A DNA stretch of 64,000 nt from an uncultured Actinomycetota bacterium. GTDB taxonomy: Bacteria; Actinomycetota; Actinomycetes; JACCUZ01. The notes under the pieces are model-generated. The model worked only from the letters and a program-made list of their open reading frames with translations. It made no database searches and was not told the DNA's origin. Positions 22,566 through 32,019 of the stretch are shown here, piece by piece; position 1 is the stretch's first letter; each line of letters starts with the position of its first letter. The position numbers were made by a program, and so were the translations under genes. The DNA lies in contig CAWIXB010000001.1 in NCBI GenBank assembly GCA_963839955.1, forward strand, positions 1,887,492-1,951,491. The letters run 5' to 3'.

Positions 22566-23516
22566 ATGAGGTCCTCTTCCGTGCGCCGTCCACTCCTGGT
22601 CCTGCTTTGCCCGCTCCTGCTGCTCACGCTGCTGGTCTCTGCCTGCGGCGGTGGTAGCGAGGGCGAGGCCGAGGACAAGGGCCTGCCCAGCGTGTCCGGC
22701 GACTACGGCGACAAGCCGAAGGTGAAGAAGCCGGCCAAGGGCGAGAAGCCGGGCAAGAAGACCACCTCGGAGGTCCTGGAGGAAGGTGACGGCAAGGAGG
22801 TCGCCAAGGGCGACCTGCTCGTCGCCGACTACCTCGGCCAGGTGTACAGCTCGGGCAAGGTCTTCGACAACTCCTACGACCGCGGCACCCCGGCGGCGTT
22901 CCCGATCGGCACCGGCCAGGTCATCCCCGGGTGGGACAAGATCCTGGTCGGCACGAAGGCCGGCAGCCGCGTGCTGATGGTCGTCGCGCCGAAGGACGGC
23001 TACGGCAAGACCGGCAACCCGCAGGCCGGCATCAAGGGCACCGACTCGCTCGTCTTCGTCGTCGACATCATCGCGTCCTACGGCAAGGACACCGCGGGTG
23101 ACGGCAAGGCCGCCGCGGTGAAGGCCCCCAAGGGCCTCCCGACCGTCGCCGGAGAGCCCGGTGCGCGACCCAAGGTCACGGTGCCGAAGGGACTCGCCCC
23201 GCCGAAGAAGAACGCCGTCACCGTCCTCGCGAAGGGCACCGGCGAGCCGGTGGCCGCCAAGAAGCTCGCCGTCGTCCAGTACGACGCGGTCAACTGGGCC
23301 AGCAAGCCGCTGGCGAACAGCTGGGACACCGGCCCGCAGGGTGTGCCGGTCGCCGGCGAGCAGCCGAGCCCGTTCGACCTGCTGAAGGGTGTGCCCGTCG
23401 GCAGCCGGGTGCTGATGACCTTGACCGCCCAGAAGGGTCAGAACGCGAAGAAGGAGAGCGTCGCCGTCGTGGTCGACGTGCTCAGCCAGCACGGCCCGGC
23501 CAAGGAAGCCGAATGA
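22566..23516 (+). CDS. FKBP-type peptidyl-prolyl cis-trans isomerase lipoprotein (two FKBP-like domains)
   Basis: Signal peptide plus lipobox LLVSAC. Lys/Gly-rich linker. Two FKBP_C-like blocks (GDLLVADYLGQVYSSGKVFDNSYDRG... and KKLAVVQYDAVNWASKP...). Confidence 0.75.
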   Translation: MRSSSVRRPLLVLLCPLLLLTLLVSACGGGSEGEAEDKGLPSVSGDYGDKPKVKKPAKGEKPGKKTTSEVLEEGDGKEVAKGDLLVADYLGQVYSSGKVFDNSYDRGTPAAFPIGTGQVIPGWDKILVGTKAGSRVLMVVAPKDGYGKTGNPQAGIKGTDSLVFVVDIIASYGKDTAGDGKAAAVKAPKGLPTVAGEPGARPKVTVPKGLAPPKKNAVTVLAKGTGEPVAAKKLAVVQYDAVNWASKPLANSWDTGPQGVPVAGEQPSPFDLLKGVPVGSRVLMTLTAQKGQNAKKESVAVVVDVLSQHGPAKEAE

Positions 23517-23887
23517 GGGCGAAGAAGCCCGAGGTCGACTTTCCGGACGGCTCGCCGCCGAGCGATCTCGAGGTCATCGACCTGCAGGTGGGCGACGGCG
23601 AGGAGGCGGCGCCCGGGCGTACCGCGGTCGTGCACTACGTCGGGGTCACCTTCTCCAGCGGCGAGGAGTTCGACGCGTCGTGGAACCGCGGGGAGCCCTT
23701 CGCGTTCCCGCTCGGCGCCGGCAACGTGATCGCCGGCTGGGACCGCGGCGTCGCGGGCATGCGCGTGGGTGGCCGGCGCCGCCTCGTCATACCACCCGAG
23801 CTGGGCTACGGCGACCGTGGCGCCGGCGGGGTCATCGGCCCCGGCGAGACCCTCATCTTCGTCGTGGATCTGCTCGACCTGCGCTGA
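23513..23887 (+). CDS. FKBP-type peptidyl-prolyl cis-trans isomerase (cytoplasmic, single domain)
   Basis: Canonical FKBP motifs VVHYVGVTFSSGEEFDASWNRGEPFAFPLGAGNVIAGWDRGVAGMRVGGRRRLVIPPELGYG. Confidence 0.85.
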   Translation: MRAKKPEVDFPDGSPPSDLEVIDLQVGDGEEAAPGRTAVVHYVGVTFSSGEEFDASWNRGEPFAFPLGAGNVIAGWDRGVAGMRVGGRRRLVIPPELGYGDRGAGGVIGPGETLIFVVDLLDLR

Positions 23888-23938
23888 CCCGTCCGCCCCT
23901 CGGCACGGTCACCGCAGCGCTGCAGCGCCAGGGTAGGT

Positions 23939-24913
23939 TTGCACGCTGTGTCGGCGCAGAAGACGGAGCGGTTGCTGAACCTGGTCATCTGCCTGCTCTC
24001 CACCCGGCAGTTCCTTGCCAAGGACCAGATCCGGGCGGCGGTCCCGCAGTACGCCGAGTGCCGCTCCGACGACGCCTTCGAGCGGATGTTCGAGCGGGAC
24101 AAGGAAGAGGTCCGCGAGATGGGCATCCCGCTCGAGACCGGCAGCAACAGCGCGTGGTTCGAGGACGAGGTCGGGTACCGGGTCGACCGTGCGGCCTATG
24201 CACTGCCCGAGGTCCGGTTCGAGCCCGACGAGCTTGCCGTGCTCGGCCTGGCCTCCCGGGTATGGGCGCAGGCGAGCCTGGCCGGCCCGGCCACCAGAGC
24301 CCTGATCAAGCTCAAGGCCGCCGGCGTCGACGCGGACGAGTCGTCCTGGCGTGGCATCGAGCCCCGAGTGAGCACCAGCGAGCCGGCCTTCGAGGCGCTC
24401 TACGCAGCGGTGCGCGATCACCGCCCGGTGTCCTTCCCCTACCGCGCCTCCCGCGCGGGGCAGGCTGTCCAACGACATCTGGAGCCCTGGGGGATCGTCT
24501 CCTGGCACGGCAGGTGGTACGTCGTGGGACACGACCGCGATCGCGATGCCACCCGTGTGTTCCGGCTCTCGAGGGTGGCGGGGGAGGTGGAGACCCTCGG
24601 CGAGCCCGGCGACGTCACGGTGCCCGAGGGTGTCGACATCCGCGGCGCAGTGGCCACTCTTGCCGGCGACGGGACCCGCGCCGAGGCACGCCTCCGGGTC
24701 CGAGTCGGTTCGGGCGTCGCGTTGCGACGGCGAGCGGTCACGCAGACACCGGCGGCCGACGGCTGGGACGAGCTGGTGGTCGGCTTCGGCGACGTCGACA
24801 ACCTGGCCGCCGAGGTCGCGTCCTACGGTCGCGCCGTCGTAGCGGTGGAGCCGGTGGAGCTGCGCGAGGCCGTCGTCGGTCGACTGCGCCGCACGCTGGG
24901 CATGCCGGCGTGA
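23939..24913 (+). CDS. pafB: Proteasome accessory factor PafB (HTH-WYL-WCX transcription regulator)
   Basis: N-terminal wHTH (RLLNLVICLLSTRQFLAKDQI). WYL-type motif GRWYVVGHD. Followed by pafC with a GTGA overlap. Confidence 0.85.
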   Translation: MHAVSAQKTERLLNLVICLLSTRQFLAKDQIRAAVPQYAECRSDDAFERMFERDKEEVREMGIPLETGSNSAWFEDEVGYRVDRAAYALPEVRFEPDELAVLGLASRVWAQASLAGPATRALIKLKAAGVDADESSWRGIEPRVSTSEPAFEALYAAVRDHRPVSFPYRASRAGQAVQRHLEPWGIVSWHGRWYVVGHDRDRDATRVFRLSRVAGEVETLGEPGDVTVPEGVDIRGAVATLAGDGTRAEARLRVRVGSGVALRRRAVTQTPAADGWDELVVGFGDVDNLAAEVASYGRAVVAVEPVELREAVVGRLRRTLGMPA

Positions 24914-25866
24914 GCGGCGGAGCCACCGAGCGGCTCTCGCGTCTGCTCGCGATGGTGCCCTACCTCGTGAGCCGCCAGGGCATTCCGCTCGGCGCCGCGG
25001 CGCGCGAGTTCGCCATCAGCGAGGACCAGCTCGTCAAGGACCTCGAACTGCTGTTCATGTGCGGCACACCGGGCCACATGCCCGACGACCTGATCGACGC
25101 CGAGTGGGAGTCGGGCCACGTCTACCTGAGCAACGCCGACACCATCGCTCGCCCGCTCCGGCTGGGAGTCGACGAGGCGCTGGCGATGATCGTCGGGCTG
25201 CGGACCCTCGCCGAGGTGCCCGGCGGCCACGACCGGGACGCGGTCGAGAGGACGCTGGCCAAGCTGGAGTCCGCCGCCGGAGAGGCGGCGCTCGCCGCCA
25301 CCCAGGTCAGCGTGGAGGTGGAGGGCGAGGCCGAGGTGCTCAGCACGGCGCGACAGGCGCTGACCGGACGACGGCGCGTGCATCTCACCTATTTCGTGCC
25401 TACCCGGGACGAGTCGACGGAGCGGGACGTCGACCCGATGCGGGTCGCGATGGTCGACGGCCGCTGGTACCTGGAGGGCTGGTGTCACCGTGCCGAGGCG
25501 GTGCGCCTGTTCCGGCTGGACCGCGTGGTGACCATCACCGTGCTCGACACCCCCGCCGACCCGCCGCCCCACGCCGTCGAGCGCGACCTCGACGAAGGGG
25601 TGTTTGTCCCCTCGCCCGAGGACACCCTGGTGACCCTCGAGCTCGACCCGCCTGCCCACTGGGTCGTCGACTACTACCCGGTCGAGGATGTCCAGGAAGT
25701 GCCTGGCGGCACGCTGCTCGTGCGCCTGCGGGTGGCCGACGGAAGGTGGCTTCGGGCACTGGCGTTGCGCCTAGGGGGTGCTGCGCGGGTCCTGGAGCCG
25801 GACGCGATCGCGGCGCAGGTGCGCGCGGACGCCGAGGCCGCCCTCCGCGCCTACGCGGCCTCCTGA
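24910..25866 (+). CDS. pafC: Proteasome accessory factor PafC (HTH-WYL-WCX)
   Basis: HTH (ERLSRLLAMVPYLVSRQGIPL). WYL motif GRWYLEGWCH. The GTG at 24910 is in frame inside the artefactual 728-aa track ORF 23680..25866. Confidence 0.85.
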   Translation: MSGGATERLSRLLAMVPYLVSRQGIPLGAAAREFAISEDQLVKDLELLFMCGTPGHMPDDLIDAEWESGHVYLSNADTIARPLRLGVDEALAMIVGLRTLAEVPGGHDRDAVERTLAKLESAAGEAALAATQVSVEVEGEAEVLSTARQALTGRRRVHLTYFVPTRDESTERDVDPMRVAMVDGRWYLEGWCHRAEAVRLFRLDRVVTITVLDTPADPPPHAVERDLDEGVFVPSPEDTLVTLELDPPAHWVVDYYPVEDVQEVPGGTLLVRLRVADGRWLRALALRLGGAARVLEPDAIAAQVRADAEAALRAYAAS

Positions 25867-26029
25867 CGTCGTACGTCGGGACCGGACCGCAATAGGACGA
25901 GTGCCTCTGGCCGTTCGACGTAGCCCGTCGGGGCCTTTGCCTGGCGATCTCTCAAGCCCTTCCACGTCCTTGCCGAACATCTTCGTATCGGGTCAGCAAG
26001 ACGTAGGACCAACGAAGGAGGCGAGAGCG

Positions 26030-26362
26030 ATGACGACAATCAAGACCTCGTGCCCCGTGTGCGGGGACCTCGAGCTCACGCCTGAGCAGATGCGACTTGT
26101 TGTCTGCTCCCGCGCCGACTGGTCCTTCTACGCCTTCACCTGCGGCACCTGCCAGGACGAGATCCGCAAGCACGCCGACCAAGAGGTCGTGGCGCTGCTG
26201 GTCTCCGGTGGCGTGGCGGCCGAGCGCTGGGTCATCCCGGCCGAGGCGCTCGAGCAGCACATGGGCGCAGCGATCACCTACGACGACGTGCTCGACTTCG
26301 CGCTGGGTCTGGACAACTCGGACCTGCTCGCGGCCATGATCACGCCGCGCGTCGGCGCCTGA
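26030..26362 (+). CDS. Small conserved hypothetical protein with CPVC...CGTC zinc-ribbon-like cysteine pairs (110 aa)
   Basis: AAGGAGG RBS 7 nt upstream of the ATG at 26030. Sequence MTTIKTSCPVCGDLELTPEQ...FTCGTCQDEIRKHAD. Confidence 0.55.
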   Translation: MTTIKTSCPVCGDLELTPEQMRLVVCSRADWSFYAFTCGTCQDEIRKHADQEVVALLVSGGVAAERWVIPAEALEQHMGAAITYDDVLDFALGLDNSDLLAAMITPRVGA

Positions 26363-26453
26363 CGGACCGCCTGACCAACCCCCTGACCGACCTCTCGTCC
26401 ACCGCCGTGCCCACCCACCGGCAGGGGCTCTCGACCCGCTAAGGTCGGGCACC

Positions 26454-26639
26454 GTGTTCTGGTTCCTCCTCTGGCTCGTGGTCGCGCTGGCCGGCTTCGC
26501 GGCGCTCGCCCTCGTCGTCCAGCGGCTCTGGCAGCAGGGCAAGGCCCTCGCGATCGAGCTCGGCGCCGCCGCCGAGCGCCTGGAGCGGGCGTCCCAGGAG
26601 CTGAACAGCCTCAGCCAGCCCCCACCGCGAGGTCGCTGA
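26454..26639 (+). CDS. Possible small membrane protein (61 aa, single TM helix then amphipathic helix)
   Basis: ORF with a GTG start, hydrophobic N-terminus FWFLLWLVVALAGFAALALVV. Weak AAGG RBS. Low confidence. Confidence 0.3.
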   Translation: MFWFLLWLVVALAGFAALALVVQRLWQQGKALAIELGAAAERLERASQELNSLSQPPPRGR

Positions 26640-26741
26640 CCGAGACACCAGCGGTTCACCCGCGCTTCTACCTGCGCAGCCGTCGCTCTGACCGGCCTCG
26701 TCGTAGGATGAACCCACCAGCCTCGACATCCTGGAGCAAGC

Positions 26742-27014
26742 ATGTTCGGCAAAGGCATCGGAGCCCCAGAGATCATCCTGATCCTGATCGTCCTGCTCCT
26801 CCTGTTCGGCGCCAAGCGGCTGCCAGACCTGACCCGCAGCGTCGGTCGCTCCATGCGCATCTTCAAGTCCGAGGTCAAGGACATGCGCAACGACGACGAG
26901 CCGGAAGCCCGCGAGCAGACGCCGCGCGAGCTCGAGGCGCAACCGAAGACCGACCCCACCCCCGAAGCCACGTCCCGCGAGCGCGTCCCCGACGCCGAGC
27001 GCCGCGAGCCCTGA
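26742..27014 (+). CDS. tatA: Twin-arginine translocase subunit TatA/E
   Basis: N-terminus [42 protein letters not shown] is the TatA consensus. Confidence 0.9.
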   Translation: MFGKGIGAPEIILILIVLLLLFGAKRLPDLTRSVGRSMRIFKSEVKDMRNDDEPEAREQTPRELEAQPKTDPTPEATSRERVPDAERREP

Positions 27015-27027
27015 CGCGCGGTCCGCA

Positions 27028-27906
27028 TTGGCACTGACCGGCATCCGGCGCAGGCGAGGAGACCGGCCGCCGCGCCGCCCACTCGGTGACCCCGAAGGCC
27101 GGATGCCGCTGGTCGAGCACCTTCGCGAGCTGCGCCGCCGGCTCACCCGCGCAGTCCTCGCAATTCTCGTGGGCGCGGTGATCGCGGGGTTCTTCTACGA
27201 CCAGCTCTTCGACCTCGTCACCGAACCCTTCAACTCGATCCGCGAGGAGTACAGCGCCAAGGGCTACGAGCGCCTCTCGCTGAACTTCGGCGGCATCGGC
27301 GACCCGTTCTCCTACTTCCTCAAGATCTGCGCCATGGCCGGGCTCTTCGTGGCCAGCCCGGTGTGGATGTACCAGCTGTGGGCGTTCGCCTCACCCGGGA
27401 TGCACCGCAACGAGCGGCGCTGGGGCCTGGGTTTCGTGCTCGTCAGCGTGCCGCTCTTCATCGGCGGGGCAGTGCTCGCCTACCACTTCCTCCCCAAGGG
27501 CTTCGACCTGCTCATCGGGTTCAACCCCGACCCCGAGCGGGTCGCGAACATCATCAGCCTGAACAGCTACCTGTCCTTCGTGCTGCGGATGTTCCTGGTG
27601 TTCGGGGTGGCGTTCGTCCTGCCGGTGTTCCTCGTCGCGCTGAACCTCGCCGGCGCCGTGACCGGACGCACCCTGCTCAAGGCATGGCGGCCGGTCATCC
27701 TCGGCTCCTTCGTGTTCGCCGCGGTCGCCACGCCGTCAGGTGACCCGTGGACGATGACGGCGCTCGCCGTCCCGATGCTGCTGCTCTTCTTCCTGGCCTC
27801 GCTGGTCTGCCTCGCGGTCGACCGGCGGCGGGCGCGGCAGGGCGTCGACGGCGTCGACTACACCAACCTCCCCGATGACGAGGCCAGCCCGCTCGAGGAC
27901 CGGTAG
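27028..27906 (+). CDS. tatC: Twin-arginine translocase subunit TatC
   Basis: MPLVEHLRELRRRL motif and six TM helices. The start may be the internal ATG at 27103. Confidence 0.85.
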   Translation: MALTGIRRRRGDRPPRRPLGDPEGRMPLVEHLRELRRRLTRAVLAILVGAVIAGFFYDQLFDLVTEPFNSIREEYSAKGYERLSLNFGGIGDPFSYFLKICAMAGLFVASPVWMYQLWAFASPGMHRNERRWGLGFVLVSVPLFIGGAVLAYHFLPKGFDLLIGFNPDPERVANIISLNSYLSFVLRMFLVFGVAFVLPVFLVALNLAGAVTGRTLLKAWRPVILGSFVFAAVATPSGDPWTMTALAVPMLLLFFLASLVCLAVDRRRARQGVDGVDYTNLPDDEASPLEDR

Positions 27907-27915
27907 CCTCCGCCC

Positions 27916-28791
27916 GTGCCCCGCCGGATCGCGCTGCTCGTCAACCCGACGGCAGGAAAGGGTCGCGGCGCACGGCTCTCCCCACCGGTGGCCGAGCGGC
28001 TGAGCCAGCACGGCATCGACGTCGACCTCGTGCAGGGTCGCGACGCCGACGAGGCGTTCGACGGCGCCCGTCGCCGGGTCGCCGACGGGGTCGACGCGCT
28101 CGTCGTCGTCGGGGGCGACGGCATGGTCAACCTTGCGCTACAGGTCGTCGCGGGGACTGACCTCCCGCTCGGACTCGTGCCCGCCGGCACCGGCAACGAC
28201 GTCGCCCGCGCGCTCGGCGTCCCGCTGCGCGATCCGGTGGCCGCCGTCGACATCGTGGTGCGGGGCACGACGCGCGCGGTCGACGCGGCCCGCGCCTCCG
28301 GCCGCTGGTACGCCGGCGTGCTCGGCTCAGGGTTCGACTCGATGGTCAACGAGCGGGCCAACCGGTTGACCTGGCCGCACGGGCGGGCCCGCTACAACCT
28401 CGCGATCCTCGCGGAGCTGCGGACGTTCAAGCCGATTCCCTACGTGCTCGACCTCGACGGCGAGCGCTGGGAGACCGAGGCCATGCTCGTCGCGGTCGGC
28501 AACGGACCGTCGTACGGCGGTGGCATGCGGGTGTGTCCCGACGCACGCCTCGACGACGGGCTGCTCGATGTCACCGTCGTCGGCCCCATCTCCAAGACGC
28601 GCTTCGTGCGGGTCTTCCCGACCGTCTACCGGGGGACCCACGTGGTCAACCCCGCGGTGACCGTGCGCCGGGCCCGTCGCGTGACATTGGCAGCGGAGGG
28701 TGTCACGGCCTACGCCGACGGCGAACGGGTCGCGGTGCTGCCCGTGACCGTCGACGTCGTCCCGGGCGCCCTGCAGATCTTCGCCCCGTAG
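27916..28791 (+). CDS. Diacylglycerol/lipid kinase catalytic-domain protein (DAGK_cat family)
   Basis: IALLVNPTAGKG. VVVGGDGMVN. GLVPAGTGNDVARALG. NGPSYGGG motifs. Confidence 0.8.
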   Translation: MPRRIALLVNPTAGKGRGARLSPPVAERLSQHGIDVDLVQGRDADEAFDGARRRVADGVDALVVVGGDGMVNLALQVVAGTDLPLGLVPAGTGNDVARALGVPLRDPVAAVDIVVRGTTRAVDAARASGRWYAGVLGSGFDSMVNERANRLTWPHGRARYNLAILAELRTFKPIPYVLDLDGERWETEAMLVAVGNGPSYGGGMRVCPDARLDDGLLDVTVVGPISKTRFVRVFPTVYRGTHVVNPAVTVRRARRVTLAAEGVTAYADGERVAVLPVTVDVVPGALQIFAP

Positions 28792-28800
28792 ATTGGCGGG

Positions 28801-31545
28801 ATGAGCAGCCCCGCCGAGCGGTACGCCGCCGCTCGCCGCCGGCAGAGCGCCGAGAGCTCCCAGCTCGGCCGTTTCACGGCTCTCTACCCCTTCGGGCTCG
28901 ACCCTTTCCAGGTGCGCGCGTGCGAGGCGCTGGAGGGTGGCAACGGCGTGCTGGTCGCGGCGCCGACCGGCTCGGGAAAGACGGTGGTGGGCGAGTACGC
29001 CGTGCACCTGGCCCTCGCCGAGGGACGCAAGTGCTTCTACACGACCCCCATCAAGGCGCTCTCGAACCAGAAGTACGCCGACCTGGTCCGCCGCTACGGC
29101 GCGGAGCGCATCGGTTTGCTCACCGGCGACAACACCATCAACGGCGAGGCACCCGTGGTCGTGATGACGACGGAAGTCCTGCGCAACATGCTCTACGCCG
29201 GCTCACCCACCCTGCGTGGGCTCGGCTACGTCGTCATGGACGAGGTGCACTACCTCTCCGACCGGTTCCGCGGAGCCGTCTGGGAAGAGGTCATCATCCA
29301 TCTGCCGGAGTCAGTACGACTCGTGTCGCTGTCGGCGACCGTGAGCAACGCCGAGGAGTTCGGCGACTGGCTCGTCACCGTGCGCGGGCACACTGTCGTC
29401 ATCGTCGAGGAGCACCGACCCGTCCCGCTCTGGCAGCACGTCCTGGTCGAGCGGCGTCTCTACGACCTCTTCGTCGCCGAGTCGGCGTCGTCCAGCGCGC
29501 CGAAGATCCACCCCGAGCTGTCACGGCTCGCCCGCGAGCAGAACCGTCTGGTGCGCGTCGGCGACCGGCGCCCGCACCGCGGCGGCCACCGACCGCGCCG
29601 CGTCCACGTGCCGAGTCGCGTCGACGTGATCGAACGTCTCGACTCCGAGGGCCTGCTGCCCGCCATCACGTTCATCTTCAGCCGGGCGGGCTGCGACGCG
29701 GCCGTTGCCCAGTGCCTTCGCGCAGGTCTGCGCCTGCTCGACCCGGCCGAGCGTGCACAGGTGCGCCAGCACGTCGAGGCGCAGACGGCCGAGCTCGCCG
29801 AGGAGGACCTGGCGGTCCTCGGCTACCACGAGTGGCTCGAAGGCCTCGAACGCGGCGTGGCGGCGCACCACGCGGGGATGCTCCCGACCTTCAAGGAGGT
29901 CGTCGAGACACTGTTCGTCCGCGGCCTGGTCAAGGCGGTGTTCGCCACCGAGACCCTGGCGCTCGGCATCAACATGCCGGCGCGATCCGTCGTGCTCGAG
30001 AAGCTGTCCAAGTGGAACGGCGAGGCCCACGCGGACGTGACGCCGGGGGAGTACACCCAGCTGACCGGGCGGGCGGGTCGGCGGGGCATCGACGTCGAGG
30101 GCCATGCGGTCGTGCTGTGGCAACCGGGCCTCGACCCGGGCGCGCTGGCCGGCCTCGCCTCCACCCGCACCTATCCGCTGCGGTCGAGCTTCCGCCCGTC
30201 GTACAACATGGCCGTCAACCTGGTCGGCAAGGTGGGGCGCGAGAACGCGCAGCAGATGCTCGAGTCGTCGTTCGCGCAGTTCCAGGCCGACCGTGCCGTC
30301 GTGGGGATCGCGCGGCAGGTGCGACGCAACGAGGAGGGTCTCGAGGGCTACCGCGAGGCGATGACCTGCCACCTCGGCGACTTCGAGGAGTACGCCGGGT
30401 TGCGGCGAGCGATCAGCGATCGTGAGACCGAGCTGTCCCGCTCGGGTGCGGCCAACCGCCGCGCCGCTGCCGCCGCATCGTTGGAGCGGCTGCGTCCCGG
30501 CGACGTTATCCACGTCCCGGCCGGACGGCGCGCCGGGCTCGCGGTGGTGCTCGACCCCGGGCTGGAGAACGGGCCGCAGGAGGCTCGGCCGACCGTGCTC
30601 ACGGCGTCCCGCCAGGTCCGGAAGCTCTCCGTCGCCGACTTCCCGACGCCGGTCGAGTCGCTTCGGCGGTTGCGACTCCCCAAGTCGTTCAACCCCCGCA
30701 ACGCGGCCCAGCGCCGCGACCTCGCGTCGACGCTGCGCAACACCGGCCTCGACGGGGAGCAGCCGCGTCGCGGCCGCACCCGGTCGGCCGCCGCGGACGA
30801 CGAGGAGCTGTCGAGGCTGCGGTCCGCCATGCGTGCGCACCCCTGCCACAGCTGTGCCGAGCGCGAGGACCACGCGCGATGGGCCGAACGCTATTGGCGG
30901 CTGCGCCGTGACACCGAGGCGCTGCAGCGGCGGGTGCGCACCCGCACGCACACCATCTCGCGGATGTTCGACCGCATCTGCGCGCTGCTCGACGAGCTCG
31001 GCTACCTCGACGGCGACCGCGTCACTCCAGCGGGGCAACGACTCGCGGCGGTCTACACCGAGCTCGACCTCGTGGTGGCCGAGTGCCTGCGCGACGGTGT
31101 GTGGGACGGCCTCAGTCCGGCCGAGCTCGCCGCGGTTGTCTCGGCTCTTGTCTACGAGTCGCGACAGCCCGACGACGCCGCGACGCCGCGGGTTCCGGAG
31201 GGCCGCGTCCGCGAGGTGCTCGCCGAGATCGTGCGTATCTGGGCGGGCATCGAGGAGCGCGAGCGTGACCATCGCATCGAGAGCCCCCGCGAGCCCGACC
31301 TGGGCTTCGCCTGGGCCACCCACCGCTGGGCGTCAGGCCACCGGCTCGATCAGGTGCTGCGCGACGCGGACATGCAAGCCGGCGACTTCGTCCGCTGGAC
31401 CAAGCAGGTCATCGACCTGCTCGGCCAGATAGCCGACGCGTCACGCGCCTCCGAGGGAGCCCCCTCCGCTCCGGCCGGGTCGACGGCCAGGGCAGCAGCG
31501 GGCCTGCTGCGGCGCGGTGTGGTCGCCTACTCGTCGGTCGCCTGA
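28801..31545 (+). CDS. helY: ATP-dependent DEAD/DEAH-box RNA helicase, Ski2-like (HelY)
   Basis: Walker A APTGSGKT. DEVH box (VVMDEVHYLSD). SAT. Helicase C motifs. 914 aa with a C-terminal DSHCT-like region. Conserved downstream of tatC in actinobacteria. Confidence 0.9.
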   Translation: MSSPAERYAAARRRQSAESSQLGRFTALYPFGLDPFQVRACEALEGGNGVLVAAPTGSGKTVVGEYAVHLALAEGRKCFYTTPIKALSNQKYADLVRRYGAERIGLLTGDNTINGEAPVVVMTTEVLRNMLYAGSPTLRGLGYVVMDEVHYLSDRFRGAVWEEVIIHLPESVRLVSLSATVSNAEEFGDWLVTVRGHTVVIVEEHRPVPLWQHVLVERRLYDLFVAESASSSAPKIHPELSRLAREQNRLVRVGDRRPHRGGHRPRRVHVPSRVDVIERLDSEGLLPAITFIFSRAGCDAAVAQCLRAGLRLLDPAERAQVRQHVEAQTAELAEEDLAVLGYHEWLEGLERGVAAHHAGMLPTFKEVVETLFVRGLVKAVFATETLALGINMPARSVVLEKLSKWNGEAHADVTPGEYTQLTGRAGRRGIDVEGHAVVLWQPGLDPGALAGLASTRTYPLRSSFRPSYNMAVNLVGKVGRENAQQMLESSFAQFQADRAVVGIARQVRRNEEGLEGYREAMTCHLGDFEEYAGLRRAISDRETELSRSGAANRRAAAAASLERLRPGDVIHVPAGRRAGLAVVLDPGLENGPQEARPTVLTASRQVRKLSVADFPTPVESLRRLRLPKSFNPRNAAQRRDLASTLRNTGLDGEQPRRGRTRSAAADDEELSRLRSAMRAHPCHSCAEREDHARWAERYWRLRRDTEALQRRVRTRTHTISRMFDRICALLDELGYLDGDRVTPAGQRLAAVYTELDLVVAECLRDGVWDGLSPAELAAVVSALVYESRQPDDAATPRVPEGRVREVLAEIVRIWAGIEERERDHRIESPREPDLGFAWATHRWASGHRLDQVLRDADMQAGDFVRWTKQVIDLLGQIADASRASEGAPSAPAGSTARAAAGLLRRGVVAYSSVA

Positions 31546-31584
31546 GCAACCCGATCGTCATCTGGATCCGCTGAATCCGCTTGT

Positions 31585-32019
31585 TTGCGCGGAGCCTGGC
31601 CTCATAGCGTCGGCGCCATGCCCCCCTTGGTCCGTCACCAGCCACGGACCTACGCCGCGCCCCCGGTCCCTGTGCCGTGGTGGGAGACCCTCGTCGCCTA
31701 CGTGCTGGTGGCCCTGGGCGTCGTCATCTGCACCCTCAGCTTCTTCTTCGCCATCTCCCTGCTCGGCTGCGAGGAGTCCGCGACCGGTGAATGCACCGAC
31801 CTGACGGCGAAGATCGACAACGGCACCGTCTCGGCGGTGCGCACCGGAATCTTCGCGCTGCTCGGCCTGGCAGCGCTGCTGTGCATCGGCGTGCACTTCC
31901 TGGCCGGCCGACTGCACTTCGCCCTGGTCTGGGTCATCGCCGCGCTGCCGCCGATCATCGGGGTGGTCACCATCTCGTGGGCGACCGGTGTCACCGCCAG
32001 CCCCTGGGGACATCTCTAG
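31585..32019 (+). CDS. Hypothetical integral membrane protein (3-4 TM helices)
   Basis: Hydrophobic segments VAYVLVALGVVICTLSFFFAISLLG, IFALLGLAALLCIGVHFLA, ALVWVIAALPPIIGVV. The start may be the ATG at 31618. Confidence 0.45.
   Translation: MRGAWPHSVGAMPPLVRHQPRTYAAPPVPVPWWETLVAYVLVALGVVICTLSFFFAISLLGCEESATGECTDLTAKIDNGTVSAVRTGIFALLGLAALLCIGVHFLAGRLHFALVWVIAALPPIIGVVTISWATGVTASPWGHL

Noticed and set aside
23680-25866. 728-aa track ORF spanning the pafB and pafC regions
   Set aside because: Its N-terminal 410 residues are an out-of-frame read across pafB. The real pafC product begins at the in-frame GTG 24910 overlapping the pafB stop.
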